DNA from: Parcubacteria group bacterium
Lineage (GTDB): Bacteria > Patescibacteriota > Minisyncoccia > Phycocordibacterales > 21-14-all-47-15
NCBI GenBank assembly: GCA_016181845.1
Contig: JACOYO010000007.1
Location: forward strand, 1 to 47,548
Reading direction: 5' to 3'
DNA length: 47,548 bases
Every line of letters begins with the position of its first letter. Position 1 is the stretch's first letter. The position numbers and the translations under genes were made by a program. The notes under the pieces were generated by a model. That model was not told the origin of the DNA. It worked only from the letters and a program-made list of their open reading frames with translations, and did not search any database. Below, piece by piece: positions 16,618 through 26,765 of this stretch.

Positions 16618-19080
16618 ATGAATGAATACGACCACAAAGAAATAGAAAAAAAGTGGCAGAAAAAGTGGGCGGAAGAAGAGCTCTATAAAACAAGTGAAAG
16701 CTCGGACAAACCGAAAGAGTATGTGCTTGATATGTTTCCGTATCCTTCAGGCGAAGGACTTCATGTGGGGCATCCAAAAGGATACATCGCCACTGATATT
16801 TATTCGCGTTACAAAACGATGCGCGGGTTTAATGTGCTTCATCCGATGGGGTGGGATGCGTTTGGATTGCCTGCTGAAAATTACGCGCTCAAAAACAAAG
16901 TACATCCGCGGCAGGCGGTAGAAAAAAATATCGCGCGCTACAAAGAACAGCTTTCAATCATCGGTTTTAATTATGATTGGGATAGGGAAATCAACACGAC
17001 CGACCCCGCGTATTATAAATGGACGCAGTGGATTTTTTTGCAGTTGTTTAAGCACGGGCTTGCGTATGAATCAAATGAGCCGATTAACTGGTGTCCGTCG
17101 TGCAAAACAGGGCTTGCGAATGAAGATTTGGATAACGGGGCGTGCGAGCGGTGCGGAAGTACTGTGGAGAAAAAACGCATCAGGCAGTGGGTGCTTCGCA
17201 TTACCGATTATGCCGAGCGGCTTTTGAATGATTTAGATGAACTGAAAGAATGGCCGGAGCATATCAAAGAATTGCAGAGAAACTGGATTGGTAAAAGCGA
17301 GGGGGCTGAAATAGATTTTAAGATAAAAACGCAAAACGCAAAACGCAAAACAACAACTCAAAATTTAAAATTTACGGTATTTACGACTAGACCAGACACT
17401 TTGTTTGGCGCAACGTATGCTGTTTTATCTCCAGAACATACCATTTTAGAATCTTTGGAAGATGTTATTGATAACTGGGGCGATGTTAAACATTATATTG
17501 ATGAATCAAGTCACAAAACAGAAATTGAGCGGACGGCGGAAGGGAAGGAAAAGACGGGAGTTGAGTTGAAAGGTGTCAAAGCAATCAATCCGACTAACAA
17601 AGAAGAAATTCCTATTTTTATTGCCGATTACGTGCTCGCTGATTACGGCACGGGCGCCATTATGGCGGTGCCCGCGCATGATGAGCGTGATTTTCAATTT
17701 GCTAAAAAATATGAGTTACCAATTCGGATGGTAATTTGTCCGCACTATCCAGCGCCAACGTGCCCGATTTTGGATGAGGCGTATACGGGAGCGGGGCACC
17801 TTGTAGTATCCGGAAAATTTGACGGCCTTTCAAACGAAGAAGCAAAACAAAAAATCACGGAATTTGTCGGAGGAAAAATGAAGACGACGTACAAACTTCG
17901 TGACTGGGTGTTTTCGCGCCAGAGATATTGGGGTGAGCCTATACCGCTCATTCATTGCGAAAAGTGCGGCGTGGTGCCGGTGTCGGAAAAAGATTTGCCG
18001 GTTGTGTTACCTGAAGTGGAAAGTTATGAACCAACAGGCACTGGAGAATCTCCGCTCGCGAATATCTCGGAGTGGGTGAATATCGCGTGTCCAAAGTGCG
18101 GTGGGAAAGGGAAGCGCGAGACGAACACGATGCCGCAGTGGGCGGGCTCGTCGTGGTATTACCTCGCTTATACGCTCGGAACTAAAAAATTAAAACGAAA
18201 AACGCAAAATTATTTAGATGATAAAAATATTAAAAAATTATTAAATTTTTGGATACCCGTTGATATGTATGTCGGCGGGGCGGAACACGCCACGCGCCAT
18301 CTTATCTACGCGCGCTTTTGGCATAAGTTTTTATACGACCAAGGATTTGTGTCGCATAGCGAGCCGTTTCGGCGCTTGAAAAGTCCCGGGCTCATCGCCG
18401 GCGCTGACGGCAGGAAAATGAGCAAGCGTTTCGGCAACGTTATAAATCCAGACGATGTGGTCGCCACCTACGGCGCCGACACGCTTCGTCTGCATGAGAT
18501 GTTCATGGGTCCCTTTGAGCAGGGGGCGGCGTGGAGCGAGGAAAGCATCATCGGCCCTCGGAGGTTTGTGGAAAAAGTCTGGAGATTGAGCAAGCATATA
18601 GGAAGCGAAACCGACGCTCGCGATGAATCAAAACTGCATCAAACAATCAAAAAAGTTACTGAAGACATTGAACAATTTAAATTTAATACGGCAATCAGCG
18701 CTTTGATGATATTGGCAAATGAAATGGAGAGAAAAGAAAAAATATCCGCGATTCATTATTCGCAGTTCTTGATTCTTTTGAGCCCGTTCGCGCCGCATGT
18801 CGCAGAAGAATTGTGGCGCGAAACGCTTGGTCATAAAACATCAATTCACCTTGAGCCATGGCCGAGCCATGATGAATCAAAAATTATTTCAGAGGGGTTT
18901 GTTATCACCGTGCAGATGAACGGCAAAGTGCGCGACACATTCACGACTGAAACCGAGCTTTCGGAAGACGAAATAAAAGAGAAAGCGCTTGCGCTGGAAA
19001 AAATCAAAAAGTGGATTGACGGACAGTCAATCAAAAAAATCATTTACGTGAAAAATAAAATCGTAAATATCGTCATATAA
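16618..19080 (+). CDS. leuS: Leucine--tRNA ligase
   Basis: MFPYPSG.GLHVGH (HIGH), FTTRPDT, SRQRYWGEPIP and KMSKR motifs. Confidence 0.98.
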   Translation: MNEYDHKEIEKKWQKKWAEEELYKTSESSDKPKEYVLDMFPYPSGEGLHVGHPKGYIATDIYSRYKTMRGFNVLHPMGWDAFGLPAENYALKNKVHPRQAVEKNIARYKEQLSIIGFNYDWDREINTTDPAYYKWTQWIFLQLFKHGLAYESNEPINWCPSCKTGLANEDLDNGACERCGSTVEKKRIRQWVLRITDYAERLLNDLDELKEWPEHIKELQRNWIGKSEGAEIDFKIKTQNAKRKTTTQNLKFTVFTTRPDTLFGATYAVLSPEHTILESLEDVIDNWGDVKHYIDESSHKTEIERTAEGKEKTGVELKGVKAINPTNKEEIPIFIADYVLADYGTGAIMAVPAHDERDFQFAKKYELPIRMVICPHYPAPTCPILDEAYTGAGHLVVSGKFDGLSNEEAKQKITEFVGGKMKTTYKLRDWVFSRQRYWGEPIPLIHCEKCGVVPVSEKDLPVVLPEVESYEPTGTGESPLANISEWVNIACPKCGGKGKRETNTMPQWAGSSWYYLAYTLGTKKLKRKTQNYLDDKNIKKLLNFWIPVDMYVGGAEHATRHLIYARFWHKFLYDQGFVSHSEPFRRLKSPGLIAGADGRKMSKRFGNVINPDDVVATYGADTLRLHEMFMGPFEQGAAWSEESIIGPRRFVEKVWRLSKHIGSETDARDESKLHQTIKKVTEDIEQFKFNTAISALMILANEMERKEKISAIHYSQFLILLSPFAPHVAEELWRETLGHKTSIHLEPWPSHDESKIISEGFVITVQMNGKVRDTFTTETELSEDEIKEKALALEKIKKWIDGQSIKKIIYVKNKIVNIVI

Positions 19081-19165
19081 GCGCTGTTTCTGAAATACCG
19101 CGCAAGAGCGCTCTTTTGCGCGGTTGACATTTTGGGGCGAGTTATTTAGGATACGGGCATCAAGT

Positions 19166-19702
19166 ATGCTGGAAAACAACGAACAACAGAACCGAGCGGA
19201 TTGTGGCAAACATGTTTTTATTTTTTTACTCGGTTTTGCCGTGGGCTTTGGAAGTTTTTGGCTGTGGGATAAAAATAATACCGACTCTGCGGACAAAAAT
19301 TTAGATGAATCAAAAGAAATTTCGGCTTCCGCAGAAGAAGACGGCTCCAATGGCGCAAACCCAAAAGAGCGCAATCGCGTCGTCGTAGTTTCCCAAGAAG
19401 CGGGTAGTTTGGTTGTGGTTACGGAGGTAGAGGTAGAAGCGCCGACCTGGGTGGCTATACACGAAGACGTGGACGGCAAACCGGCAAACATTCTAGGCGC
19501 GCAGTTGTTTGACGCAGGTATTCATTCGGGCACGGTTGCTCTTCTGCGCAATACGGAACCAGGCAACACATACCACGCGTTTCTCTACAAAGACAACGGA
19601 GATAGGGCATTTGATTATGTTATTGATTTGCCGGTTGAAGGCGTTTCAGAAACAGTTGTTTCCTCATCATTCGTCGCTGTTTCACCATCAGTACCGTTAT
19701 AA
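19166..19702 (+). CDS. Membrane-anchored hypothetical protein
   Basis: N-terminal TM; beta-rich domain WVAIHED...ILGA...LYKDNGDRAFD. Confidence 0.7.
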   Translation: MLENNEQQNRADCGKHVFIFLLGFAVGFGSFWLWDKNNTDSADKNLDESKEISASAEEDGSNGANPKERNRVVVVSQEAGSLVVVTEVEVEAPTWVAIHEDVDGKPANILGAQLFDAGIHSGTVALLRNTEPGNTYHAFLYKDNGDRAFDYVIDLPVEGVSETVVSSSFVAVSPSVPL

Positions 19703-19739
19703 AAACCCGCTCCTTTCAGGAAGACGGGTTTCTTTTTTA
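19702..19739 (+). terminator. Probable intrinsic terminator
   Basis: aaacccg...cgggttt hairpin followed by a T run. Confidence 0.5.
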
Positions 19740-19756
19740 TAAAATTGCTATGGGTG

Positions 19757-19785
19757 TTGACAAATAAAACCAAAATCTATATAGT
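19757..19785 (+). promoter_or_regulatory. Sigma70 promoter
   Basis: TTGACA-N17-TATAGT. Confidence 0.7.
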
Positions 19786-19807
19786 ATTAATAATAATTAA
19801 TATACGT

Positions 19808-20839
19808 ATGTCAATTATCATTTTTAAGCCAAAGCAGGTAACCAAGAAGTTTTTAACCGTTTTGCCGGAGCGCATTCGTGTTGTGGTTTCTGAACGATTT
19901 GGATTAGGGCCCGACGGTACGCGGAAAACCCTTGAATCTATTGGCCAAAAATATGGCGTTACCAGGGAGCGTATACGCCAAATTGAAGACTTTGGACTTA
20001 AAAACATACAAAAATCAGATGTGTATAAAAACGAGCAAGCTGTATTTGACAACTTGAAAGAGGCGCTCATGACATACAGCGGGGGAGTCGCGCCGGAAAG
20101 CGATTTTTTCAACCACATTACCAAAGATGAAGCGACTCAAAATCATCTCCACTTGCTCTTGGTGCTTGGCGAGCCGTTTGAAAAAAATAAAGAGGATGAA
20201 AAATTTGTGCATCGGTGGGTGGTTGAGAAGTCAATTTCTGAAGCGGTGCATGACGCGCTTGAACGGCTTGTCGCTGATTTGAAGGAAGATGATTTAATCA
20301 CTGAAGAAGAATTGCTTGAGCGTTTTTTCGGCCATTTAGAATCAGTACCAAAGGAATATCGCAATGAAACCATTGCGCGCCGATGGCTCCAGCTTTCAAA
20401 AATGATTGATACAAATCCGCTTGGAGAATGGGGTGTTGCTTCATCACCAAATGTTAACGCGCGCGGTATGCGTGATTATGCGTTTTTAGTTATTCGCCGG
20501 CATGGTTCGCCGATGCACTTTACCGAAGTGGCAAAAGCAATCACCAAACTTTTTGGCAAACAAGCTCATACGGCAACATGCCACAACGAATTGATTAAAG
20601 ATGAACGGTTTGTGCTCGTCGGGCGCGGACTATACGCGCTCTCTGAATGGGGATACGCGCGCGGCATTGTGCGCGATGTCATCAGCGATATTCTCAAAGA
20701 ACACGGAGCGCTCTCCAAAGAAGACATTATTGACAAGGTGACGCAAGAGAGATACGTAAAACCAAATACGATTTTGGTAAACCTTCAAAATGGAAACTAT
20801 TTCAAAAAGACCGATGAAGGGGATTACACATTAGCTTAA
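19808..20839 (+). CDS. Sigma70 region-4-like HTH protein with C-terminal winged-helix (HARE-HTH/RNAP-delta-like) domains
   Basis: RFGL...TLESIGQKYGVTRERIRQIE; PMHFTEVA...TCHNELIKDERFVLVGRGLYALSEWG. Confidence 0.8.
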   Translation: MSIIIFKPKQVTKKFLTVLPERIRVVVSERFGLGPDGTRKTLESIGQKYGVTRERIRQIEDFGLKNIQKSDVYKNEQAVFDNLKEALMTYSGGVAPESDFFNHITKDEATQNHLHLLLVLGEPFEKNKEDEKFVHRWVVEKSISEAVHDALERLVADLKEDDLITEEELLERFFGHLESVPKEYRNETIARRWLQLSKMIDTNPLGEWGVASSPNVNARGMRDYAFLVIRRHGSPMHFTEVAKAITKLFGKQAHTATCHNELIKDERFVLVGRGLYALSEWGYARGIVRDVISDILKEHGALSKEDIIDKVTQERYVKPNTILVNLQNGNYFKKTDEGDYTLA

Positions 20840-20860
20840 ATATGAATCTATTTGTTGACA

Positions 20861-20905
20861 AAAAGCCCCGCTTTTTCTTTCGCTAAAGAATAAACGGGGT
20901 TTTTT
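20861..20905 (+). terminator. Probable intrinsic terminator
   Basis: ccccg...cggggttttttt hairpin. Confidence 0.5.
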
Positions 20906-20947
20906 GGTTGCTACATTTTTAGCCGCCAATCTGCTATACTTTTGTTA

Positions 20948-22180
20948 ATGGATGTATTTATTCAAGAAACTTTTGCGCGGATTATTATCGCATCTTTCCA
21001 AACAGCTCCGTATTGGCTTACGATTGTGCTCGGGATTGCTTTTTGGCGAATGTGGATGTCGTATATTCACGCAAGAAACATCGCCAATCTCCAATGGACG
21101 ATGCTTGAGATAAAGATACCGCGGGAGATTTCAAAATCGCCGCTTGCGATGGAGCTTGTGTTAAACGCGCTGTATCAGCGCGGGATGATAAATAACGCGA
21201 TTGATGTTTATTGGAATGGGAATCTCTCGCCGGTGTTTTCTTTGGAGCTGGTTTCCATTGAAGGAAAAGTGCATTTTTTTATACGAACTCAAAAATTTTA
21301 CAAACAGCTTATTGAAGCGCAAATTTACGCGCAGTATCCCACAGTGGAGGTGAGCGAAGTTGAAGATTACGCGATGAAGGTTCCATATGGACATCCGGAC
21401 TCTGATTGGCAGATGTGGGGCGCTGAATTTATTTTAACAAAACCCGACCCATACCCAATCAAAACATACATTGATTACGGTTTGAATAAAGACCCGAAAG
21501 AAGAATTTAAAATTGACCCGCTTACCGCCGTGTTGGAATATTTGGGCTCAATAGGAAAAGGCGAGCAAATATGGATTCAGATTATGATACAGAGAACTCA
21601 AGAACGATTCCGTACGCCTGGCACATGGCTTGCAAAACGCGGATGGAAAGAAGAAACAAAAGATTTGATCGATAAACTCTTGAAAGATATATCAAAAAAA
21701 TCAAAACAACGAACCGACAGCGAAAAACAATTTAGTTTTACCGTGCAGACAAAAGGCGAGGAAGAAATGGTGACTGCGGTTGAAAGAAGCATTACCAAAC
21801 TCGGTTTTGATTGTGGCATCAGAGGTATTTATTTGGCGAGAGAAGGTGTTTTCAACGCGATTAATGTTGTTGGGCTGATTGGTTCCATGCGTCAGTATAG
21901 CTCGGAAAATCTAAATGGTTTCAAACACGCTAATAGCACGAGTGTTGATTATCCGTGGCAAGATTTCAAAAAAATTAGAATTGGTAATATCAAAGCGCGG
22001 ATGTTTGACGCGTATATTCGGCGCAGTTACCACTATCCGCCTTATAGCCGCAAGCCGATTATTTTAAATAGCGAAGAATTAGCCACGATATTTCACTTCC
22101 CTGGCAAAGTGGCAGAAACCCCGACCTTTGAGCGCATTGAATCGCGCCGGGCGGAGCCGCCGCACGATCTTCCTGTATAA
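20948..22180 (+). CDS. Conserved hypothetical membrane-anchored protein
   Basis: N-terminal TM; LEIKIPREI.KSP.AME, FSLELVSIEG, IYAQYP, YPIKTY and LNSEELATIFHFP motifs. Function not assignable. Confidence 0.75.
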   Translation: MDVFIQETFARIIIASFQTAPYWLTIVLGIAFWRMWMSYIHARNIANLQWTMLEIKIPREISKSPLAMELVLNALYQRGMINNAIDVYWNGNLSPVFSLELVSIEGKVHFFIRTQKFYKQLIEAQIYAQYPTVEVSEVEDYAMKVPYGHPDSDWQMWGAEFILTKPDPYPIKTYIDYGLNKDPKEEFKIDPLTAVLEYLGSIGKGEQIWIQIMIQRTQERFRTPGTWLAKRGWKEETKDLIDKLLKDISKKSKQRTDSEKQFSFTVQTKGEEEMVTAVERSITKLGFDCGIRGIYLAREGVFNAINVVGLIGSMRQYSSENLNGFKHANSTSVDYPWQDFKKIRIGNIKARMFDAYIRRSYHYPPYSRKPIILNSEELATIFHFPGKVAETPTFERIESRRAEPPHDLPV

Positions 22181-22182
22181 AT

Positions 22183-23169
22183 ATGCCGCCAGAGCTGATT
22201 ATCGCACAGGAGAAAAAGAATTTTTATCAAACGCGTATTGCGTGGATAGTGCTTTTTTTTATTGCCGCAGTATTTCTTTTTTACGCAGTCTCGTTTGCTC
22301 CTCCAAAAACATTCCCGTCTGATTTTATTATCGCGATCCATAGCGGGGATACCATAAGTGAAACCGCGACGCAATTTAAGAAGGCGGGCCTGGTGCGTTC
22401 AGAGTTTTATTTCAAATTGCTCGCGCATTTTTTTGGCGGTTCCACCGGTGTCATTGCTGGCAAATACTATTTCAATGAACCGTTGTCCATATTTAGCGTT
22501 ATCAATCGTGTGCTCACAGGAGCGTATGAAATCAAAACACAAAAAGTGCTTATTCCGGAGGGGTTCACAGCAAAAGATATTGCCTCAAAAATTTTGTTGG
22601 TTTTCCACGACTTTGACAGTGAATTATTTTTGCGGCTCGCTAAAGAAAAGGAAGGGTATTTGTTCCCCGATACGTATTTTTGGCGGCCTGATATTTTGCC
22701 GACGCAGGCGCTCTCGGATATGCAGAAAAATTTTCATAAAAAAATCGCGCCGCTTGCACAAACGATTGCCGCATTTGGGAAGTCAGAGAAAGAAATAATC
22801 ATCATGGCGTCGCTTATTGAAAAAGAAGCTCGACAAATGGAGACGCGCAGGATAGTCGCTGGGATTTTATGGAAACGCCTCGCGCTCGGCATGCCTCTTC
22901 AGGTTGACGCGGTATTTCCGTATATAAACGGCAAGAATACCTTTCAGTTGACTACGGAGGATTTGAAAGTTGACCATCCGTATAATACCTATACTAGAAA
23001 AGGTCTTCCGCCAGGACCTATTTCAAATCCCGGGCTTGACGCGATTTTGGCTGCAATCACACCGACTGTTTCGCCATATCTCTATTATCTGTCCGATAAA
23101 AACGGCAACATGCACTACGCGCGCACTTTTCCAGAGCATGTGGCGAATAAAGAGCGGTATTTGAGATAA
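22183..23169 (+). CDS. mltG: Endolytic transglycosylase MltG
   Basis: IPEG, EGYLFPDTY, ASLIEKE, MPLQVDA and YNTY...GLPPGPISNPG motifs. Confidence 0.95.
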   Translation: MPPELIIAQEKKNFYQTRIAWIVLFFIAAVFLFYAVSFAPPKTFPSDFIIAIHSGDTISETATQFKKAGLVRSEFYFKLLAHFFGGSTGVIAGKYYFNEPLSIFSVINRVLTGAYEIKTQKVLIPEGFTAKDIASKILLVFHDFDSELFLRLAKEKEGYLFPDTYFWRPDILPTQALSDMQKNFHKKIAPLAQTIAAFGKSEKEIIIMASLIEKEARQMETRRIVAGILWKRLALGMPLQVDAVFPYINGKNTFQLTTEDLKVDHPYNTYTRKGLPPGPISNPGLDAILAAITPTVSPYLYYLSDKNGNMHYARTFPEHVANKERYLR

Positions 23170-23207
23170 GGAAACGAAAAACTAAAAATTAAAAATGCGA
23201 AACAACT

Positions 23208-24575
23208 ATGATAAAAACAATCCATTGTATTGGCATCGGAGGAATTGGCGTGTCAGCGCTTGCGCGGTTTTTCTTGTCGCGCGGAGCGCGGGTGAGCGGT
23301 TCGGATGGCAGAGATGGCGCGTGGCGGAAACCGCTTGAAGATGAGGGAGCGCGTATTTTTATCGGGCATGATTCAAAAAATATTCCCGCTGATTGCGATT
23401 TGGTTATTTATTCGTCGGCGGTGCCTGAAGACAATCCTGAACGAAGAGAAGTGTCGCGCCGCGGCATTGCGCAAAAGACATACGCGGAAGGATTAGGCGA
23501 AGCAATGAAAGAATATCCAGTGCGGATTGCCGTATCTGGGACACATGGGAAAACGACCACGACGGCACTTATCGGGCTTATATTTGAAGAAGCAAAAAAA
23601 GACCCTATGGTAATTGTCGGCGGGAAAGTCCCTTCGTGGGGGAGCAATTTTAGAAACGGGCAGGGGGATATCGCGGTTGCAGAAGCGTGTGAATATGAGC
23701 GCGCGTTTGACGCGCTTTCTCCAACGGTTGCGATTGTAAATAATATTGAAGCCGACCACCTTGATTACTATCGTGATATTTCGGATATTGAAAACGCATT
23801 TGGAGATTTTGTCTCAAGATTGCCCAAAAACGGGTTGCTTATCTATAACGCTGACGATGAGCGGGCGCGAAAAATCGCCCTTCGGTCGCCATGCAAAAAA
23901 ATTTCTTTCAGCGTTGATGGCGACGCGGGTATTATTGCGAGAAATAGGACGATAGAAAATGGCGGGCAGAGTTTTGAGGTGTGGAAAGAGGGCGTATTGC
24001 TTGGACGTGTGACGCTCCATGTTCCCGGGACTTTCAATATCTCAAACGCGCTCGCGGCGCTTTCGTGCGCGCTTGCATACGGCGTGTCGTTTTCGGAAGC
24101 AAAAAAAACGCTTGAAGCTTTTCTCGGCAGTTGGCGGCGATTTGAAAAAGTGGGCGAGATTGATGGCAAGCCGATTATTTCCGATTATGCGCATCACCCG
24201 ACGGCGGTGCGCGAGACGATTGCCGCGGCAAAAGAATTCTTCCCAGGTAAAAAAATACTCGCGGTGTTTCAGCCGCACCAGCGCGACCGGACGCTCAAAC
24301 TTTTTGATGAGTTTACTTCCGCTTTTGACGGCGCGGAAGGCGTTATTCTTTCTGAAATTTATGATGTTGCCGGAAGGAATGAAACCGAAAAAGAAATAAG
24401 TTCAAAAGAGCTTGCGGGAGCTCTCCAAAAAAGAAATCCGAAGCAGGATATTGTATATGCCCGCGATTTAGCAGAAACAAAAAAAATGATACAAGAAAAA
24501 ATCGGCGATTTTGACGCGCTCGTCATTATGGGCGCGGGGGATATTGATACCATAGCGCGAGATGTGATACGTTGA
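23208..24575 (+). CDS. murC: UDP-N-acetylmuramate--L-alanine ligase
   Basis: IGIGGIGVSALA, GTHGKTTT, EACEY, DHLD, DYAHHP, FQPH and MGAGDI motifs. Confidence 0.95.
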   Translation: MIKTIHCIGIGGIGVSALARFFLSRGARVSGSDGRDGAWRKPLEDEGARIFIGHDSKNIPADCDLVIYSSAVPEDNPERREVSRRGIAQKTYAEGLGEAMKEYPVRIAVSGTHGKTTTTALIGLIFEEAKKDPMVIVGGKVPSWGSNFRNGQGDIAVAEACEYERAFDALSPTVAIVNNIEADHLDYYRDISDIENAFGDFVSRLPKNGLLIYNADDERARKIALRSPCKKISFSVDGDAGIIARNRTIENGGQSFEVWKEGVLLGRVTLHVPGTFNISNALAALSCALAYGVSFSEAKKTLEAFLGSWRRFEKVGEIDGKPIISDYAHHPTAVRETIAAAKEFFPGKKILAVFQPHQRDRTLKLFDEFTSAFDGAEGVILSEIYDVAGRNETEKEISSKELAGALQKRNPKQDIVYARDLAETKKMIQEKIGDFDALVIMGAGDIDTIARDVIR

Positions 24576-24579
24576 TTAT

Positions 24580-25131
24580 ATGAAAAAGCATAATTTAGCG
24601 TTTATTGATTTGGAAACAACTGGCTTTTCTACGGAGAAGCATGAGATTATTGAAATCGGATGCGTGGTGGCAAAGCAAATTTTGCGCGATGGAAAAGGCC
24701 CCGAGCTTGAAAAAATTTTGGAATTTGATATCAAGGTGAAACCCATGCGATTGAAAGATGCAGACCCGGAAGCGCTTGATGTGAATGGCTACAATGACGC
24801 CGATTGGCTCTTTGCCACAGATTTGAAATCTGCAATGCAGGCGTTGTCCGACAAAACCGAAAATGCAAACATGGTTGCGCAGAACGTGTGGTTTGATGCC
24901 GGTTTTCTTGATAAGGCGTTTTTCCTGACCGGAATTGAAAATAAAATGCGGCGTTTCAGAATAGACCTGCTTTCTATGTTTTTTGCAAAATATTACGATG
25001 ACCCGACGGTTCAGCAATATTCACTTAAATATATGTGCGAACGTTTCGGGGTTGAGAATCCAAAAGCGCATACCGCGCTCTCTGACGCGCGCGCGACTTT
25101 TGAAGTCTATAAAAAATTGATGGGGGCATAA
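24580..25131 (+). CDS. DEDDh 3'-5' exonuclease (DnaQ-like)
   Basis: DLETTG, IIEIG, QNVWFD and HTALSD motifs. Confidence 0.88.
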   Translation: MKKHNLAFIDLETTGFSTEKHEIIEIGCVVAKQILRDGKGPELEKILEFDIKVKPMRLKDADPEALDVNGYNDADWLFATDLKSAMQALSDKTENANMVAQNVWFDAGFLDKAFFLTGIENKMRRFRIDLLSMFFAKYYDDPTVQQYSLKYMCERFGVENPKAHTALSDARATFEVYKKLMGA

Positions 25132-25194
25132 ATTGGTGGCGTAAATAAAAAAACTCGCCGCATGATAACACGGCGAGTGCGGAAACGGAGGATG

Positions 25195-25500
25195 TTATTT
25201 CTCATCATCTACAAATAGCGTTAACTCTACACGCTCCGGCCAGTTTTTCCAAGCCGGCACTGGTAATCCAACTTCTGCCCCATTGGTGGGGAACTCAATG
25301 TTCTTTTCTCCAGCTTGGTCAATTATCACCCATGGAACCCCATCTTTTACATATGGATTTTTTATGACATGGCCAGTATAATTACCAACCGGCAAGGTGA
25401 AATTCTGTTCTTGGGTTTTAACGTTGTAAAGCCAAACCTCTTTTTCTTTGACGTGTATCAAACAAGTATCACCAATCAAAAAAAAGTTGTCATGAAGCAT
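25195..25500 (-). CDS. Hypothetical protein (101 aa)
   Basis: Fills the gap between genes; upstream AGGAG, promoter TTGACA-N17-TACAAT (25557-85) and downstream hairpin (25153-78). Confidence 0.65.
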   Translation of the reverse strand: MLHDNFFLIGDTCLIHVKEKEVWLYNVKTQEQNFTLPVGNYTGHVIKNPYVKDGVPWVIIDQAGEKNIEFPTNGAEVGLPVPAWKNWPERVELTLFVDDEK

Positions 25501-25578
25501 AGCTTCTTTCTCCTAGCAAGGTTATTTTTAAGACCGTTTATATTTTCTCTAATTTAATTGTATAGTATAATACTTATT

Positions 25579-26685
25579 ATGTCAAGTAGGCAAGTAAAAA
25601 CAAAAAAGAGCGTATTCGTCGGGCTTTCTGGCGGAGTTGATTCGTCGGTTGCGGCGGCGCTCTTAAAAAAAGAAGGCTACGACGTGACGGGTGTGTTTAT
25701 CAAAACATGGCATCCGGATTTTTTGCAGTGCACATGGAAAGAAGAGCGGCTTGATGCGATGCGTGTCGCCGCGCATTTAGATATTCCATTTCTTACTTTT
25801 GATTTTGAAAAAGAATACAAAAAAAATGTTGCTGATTATTTTATCAATGAGTATAAATCGGGGCGGACGCCGAATCCCGATGTGATGTGCAACAAAGAAA
25901 TTAAATTTGGCGCGTTTTTGAAAAAAGCGAGAGCGATGGGCGCCGAGTTTATCGCGACGGGGCACTATGCCAGAAGATCTCAAATCTCAAATCTCAAATC
26001 TCAAAAATTATTGAAAGCGCGAGATACAAACAAAGACCAAGCGTATTTTTTGTGGACGCTTTCGCAAGAACAATTGAAGCACGCTTTGTTTCCAATCGGC
26101 AAATATAAAAAAGATGTCGTGCGAAAGCTCGCAAAAAAATTTGGGCTTTCAACCGCGCAAAAAAAAGACAGCCAGGGAATTTGTTTTTTGGGCAAGACCG
26201 ACATGAAAGAATTTTTGGCACGCTACATGACGTCGCGTGTCGGGGCTGTTGTGAACGAAAAAGGCGAAGTCATAGGCACGCACCGAGGAGCCTTCTTTTA
26301 TACATTGGGGGAACGACATGGATTTATCATTACTGCGCACGATGACCAGGCAAAACCGTACTATATAATCAAAAAAAACTTGAAAAACAACACGATTATG
26401 GTTTCACACGTTATCCACAACAAAGGCCCCGCCTTTTATTACGAAGGAGGAACCTTTGTGCAGAGGGAAATATATTTGGAGAATGTCAATTGGATTTCAG
26501 GCTCGGCGCCAGACGGCGGCAAGCCATACACTGCGCAAATCCGATATCACGGTGAGTTTCTGCCGTGTCGCATCAAAGACGTGGAGACGATTATTTTTGC
26601 CAAACCGCAAACGACAGCCGCATCCGGGCAATCGGTTGTTCTCTACGACGGAGAGATTTGTCTTGGCGGCGGTGTCATTAAATAA
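25579..26685 (+). CDS. mnmA: tRNA 2-thiouridylase MnmA
   Basis: SGGVDSS, TPNPDVMCNKEIKF, ATGHYA, KDQAYFL and KKDSQGICF motifs. Confidence 0.97.
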   Translation: MSSRQVKTKKSVFVGLSGGVDSSVAAALLKKEGYDVTGVFIKTWHPDFLQCTWKEERLDAMRVAAHLDIPFLTFDFEKEYKKNVADYFINEYKSGRTPNPDVMCNKEIKFGAFLKKARAMGAEFIATGHYARRSQISNLKSQKLLKARDTNKDQAYFLWTLSQEQLKHALFPIGKYKKDVVRKLAKKFGLSTAQKKDSQGICFLGKTDMKEFLARYMTSRVGAVVNEKGEVIGTHRGAFFYTLGERHGFIITAHDDQAKPYYIIKKNLKNNTIMVSHVIHNKGPAFYYEGGTFVQREIYLENVNWISGSAPDGGKPYTAQIRYHGEFLPCRIKDVETIIFAKPQTTAASGQSVVLYDGEICLGGGVIK

Positions 26686-26765
26686 TTTGAGAAAAGAGAA
26701 CCTTAATTTTGTTTTCTCTCTTTTTTGGTATAGTATTTTAAGAGCCCGTTCAACGTGCTCTAAAT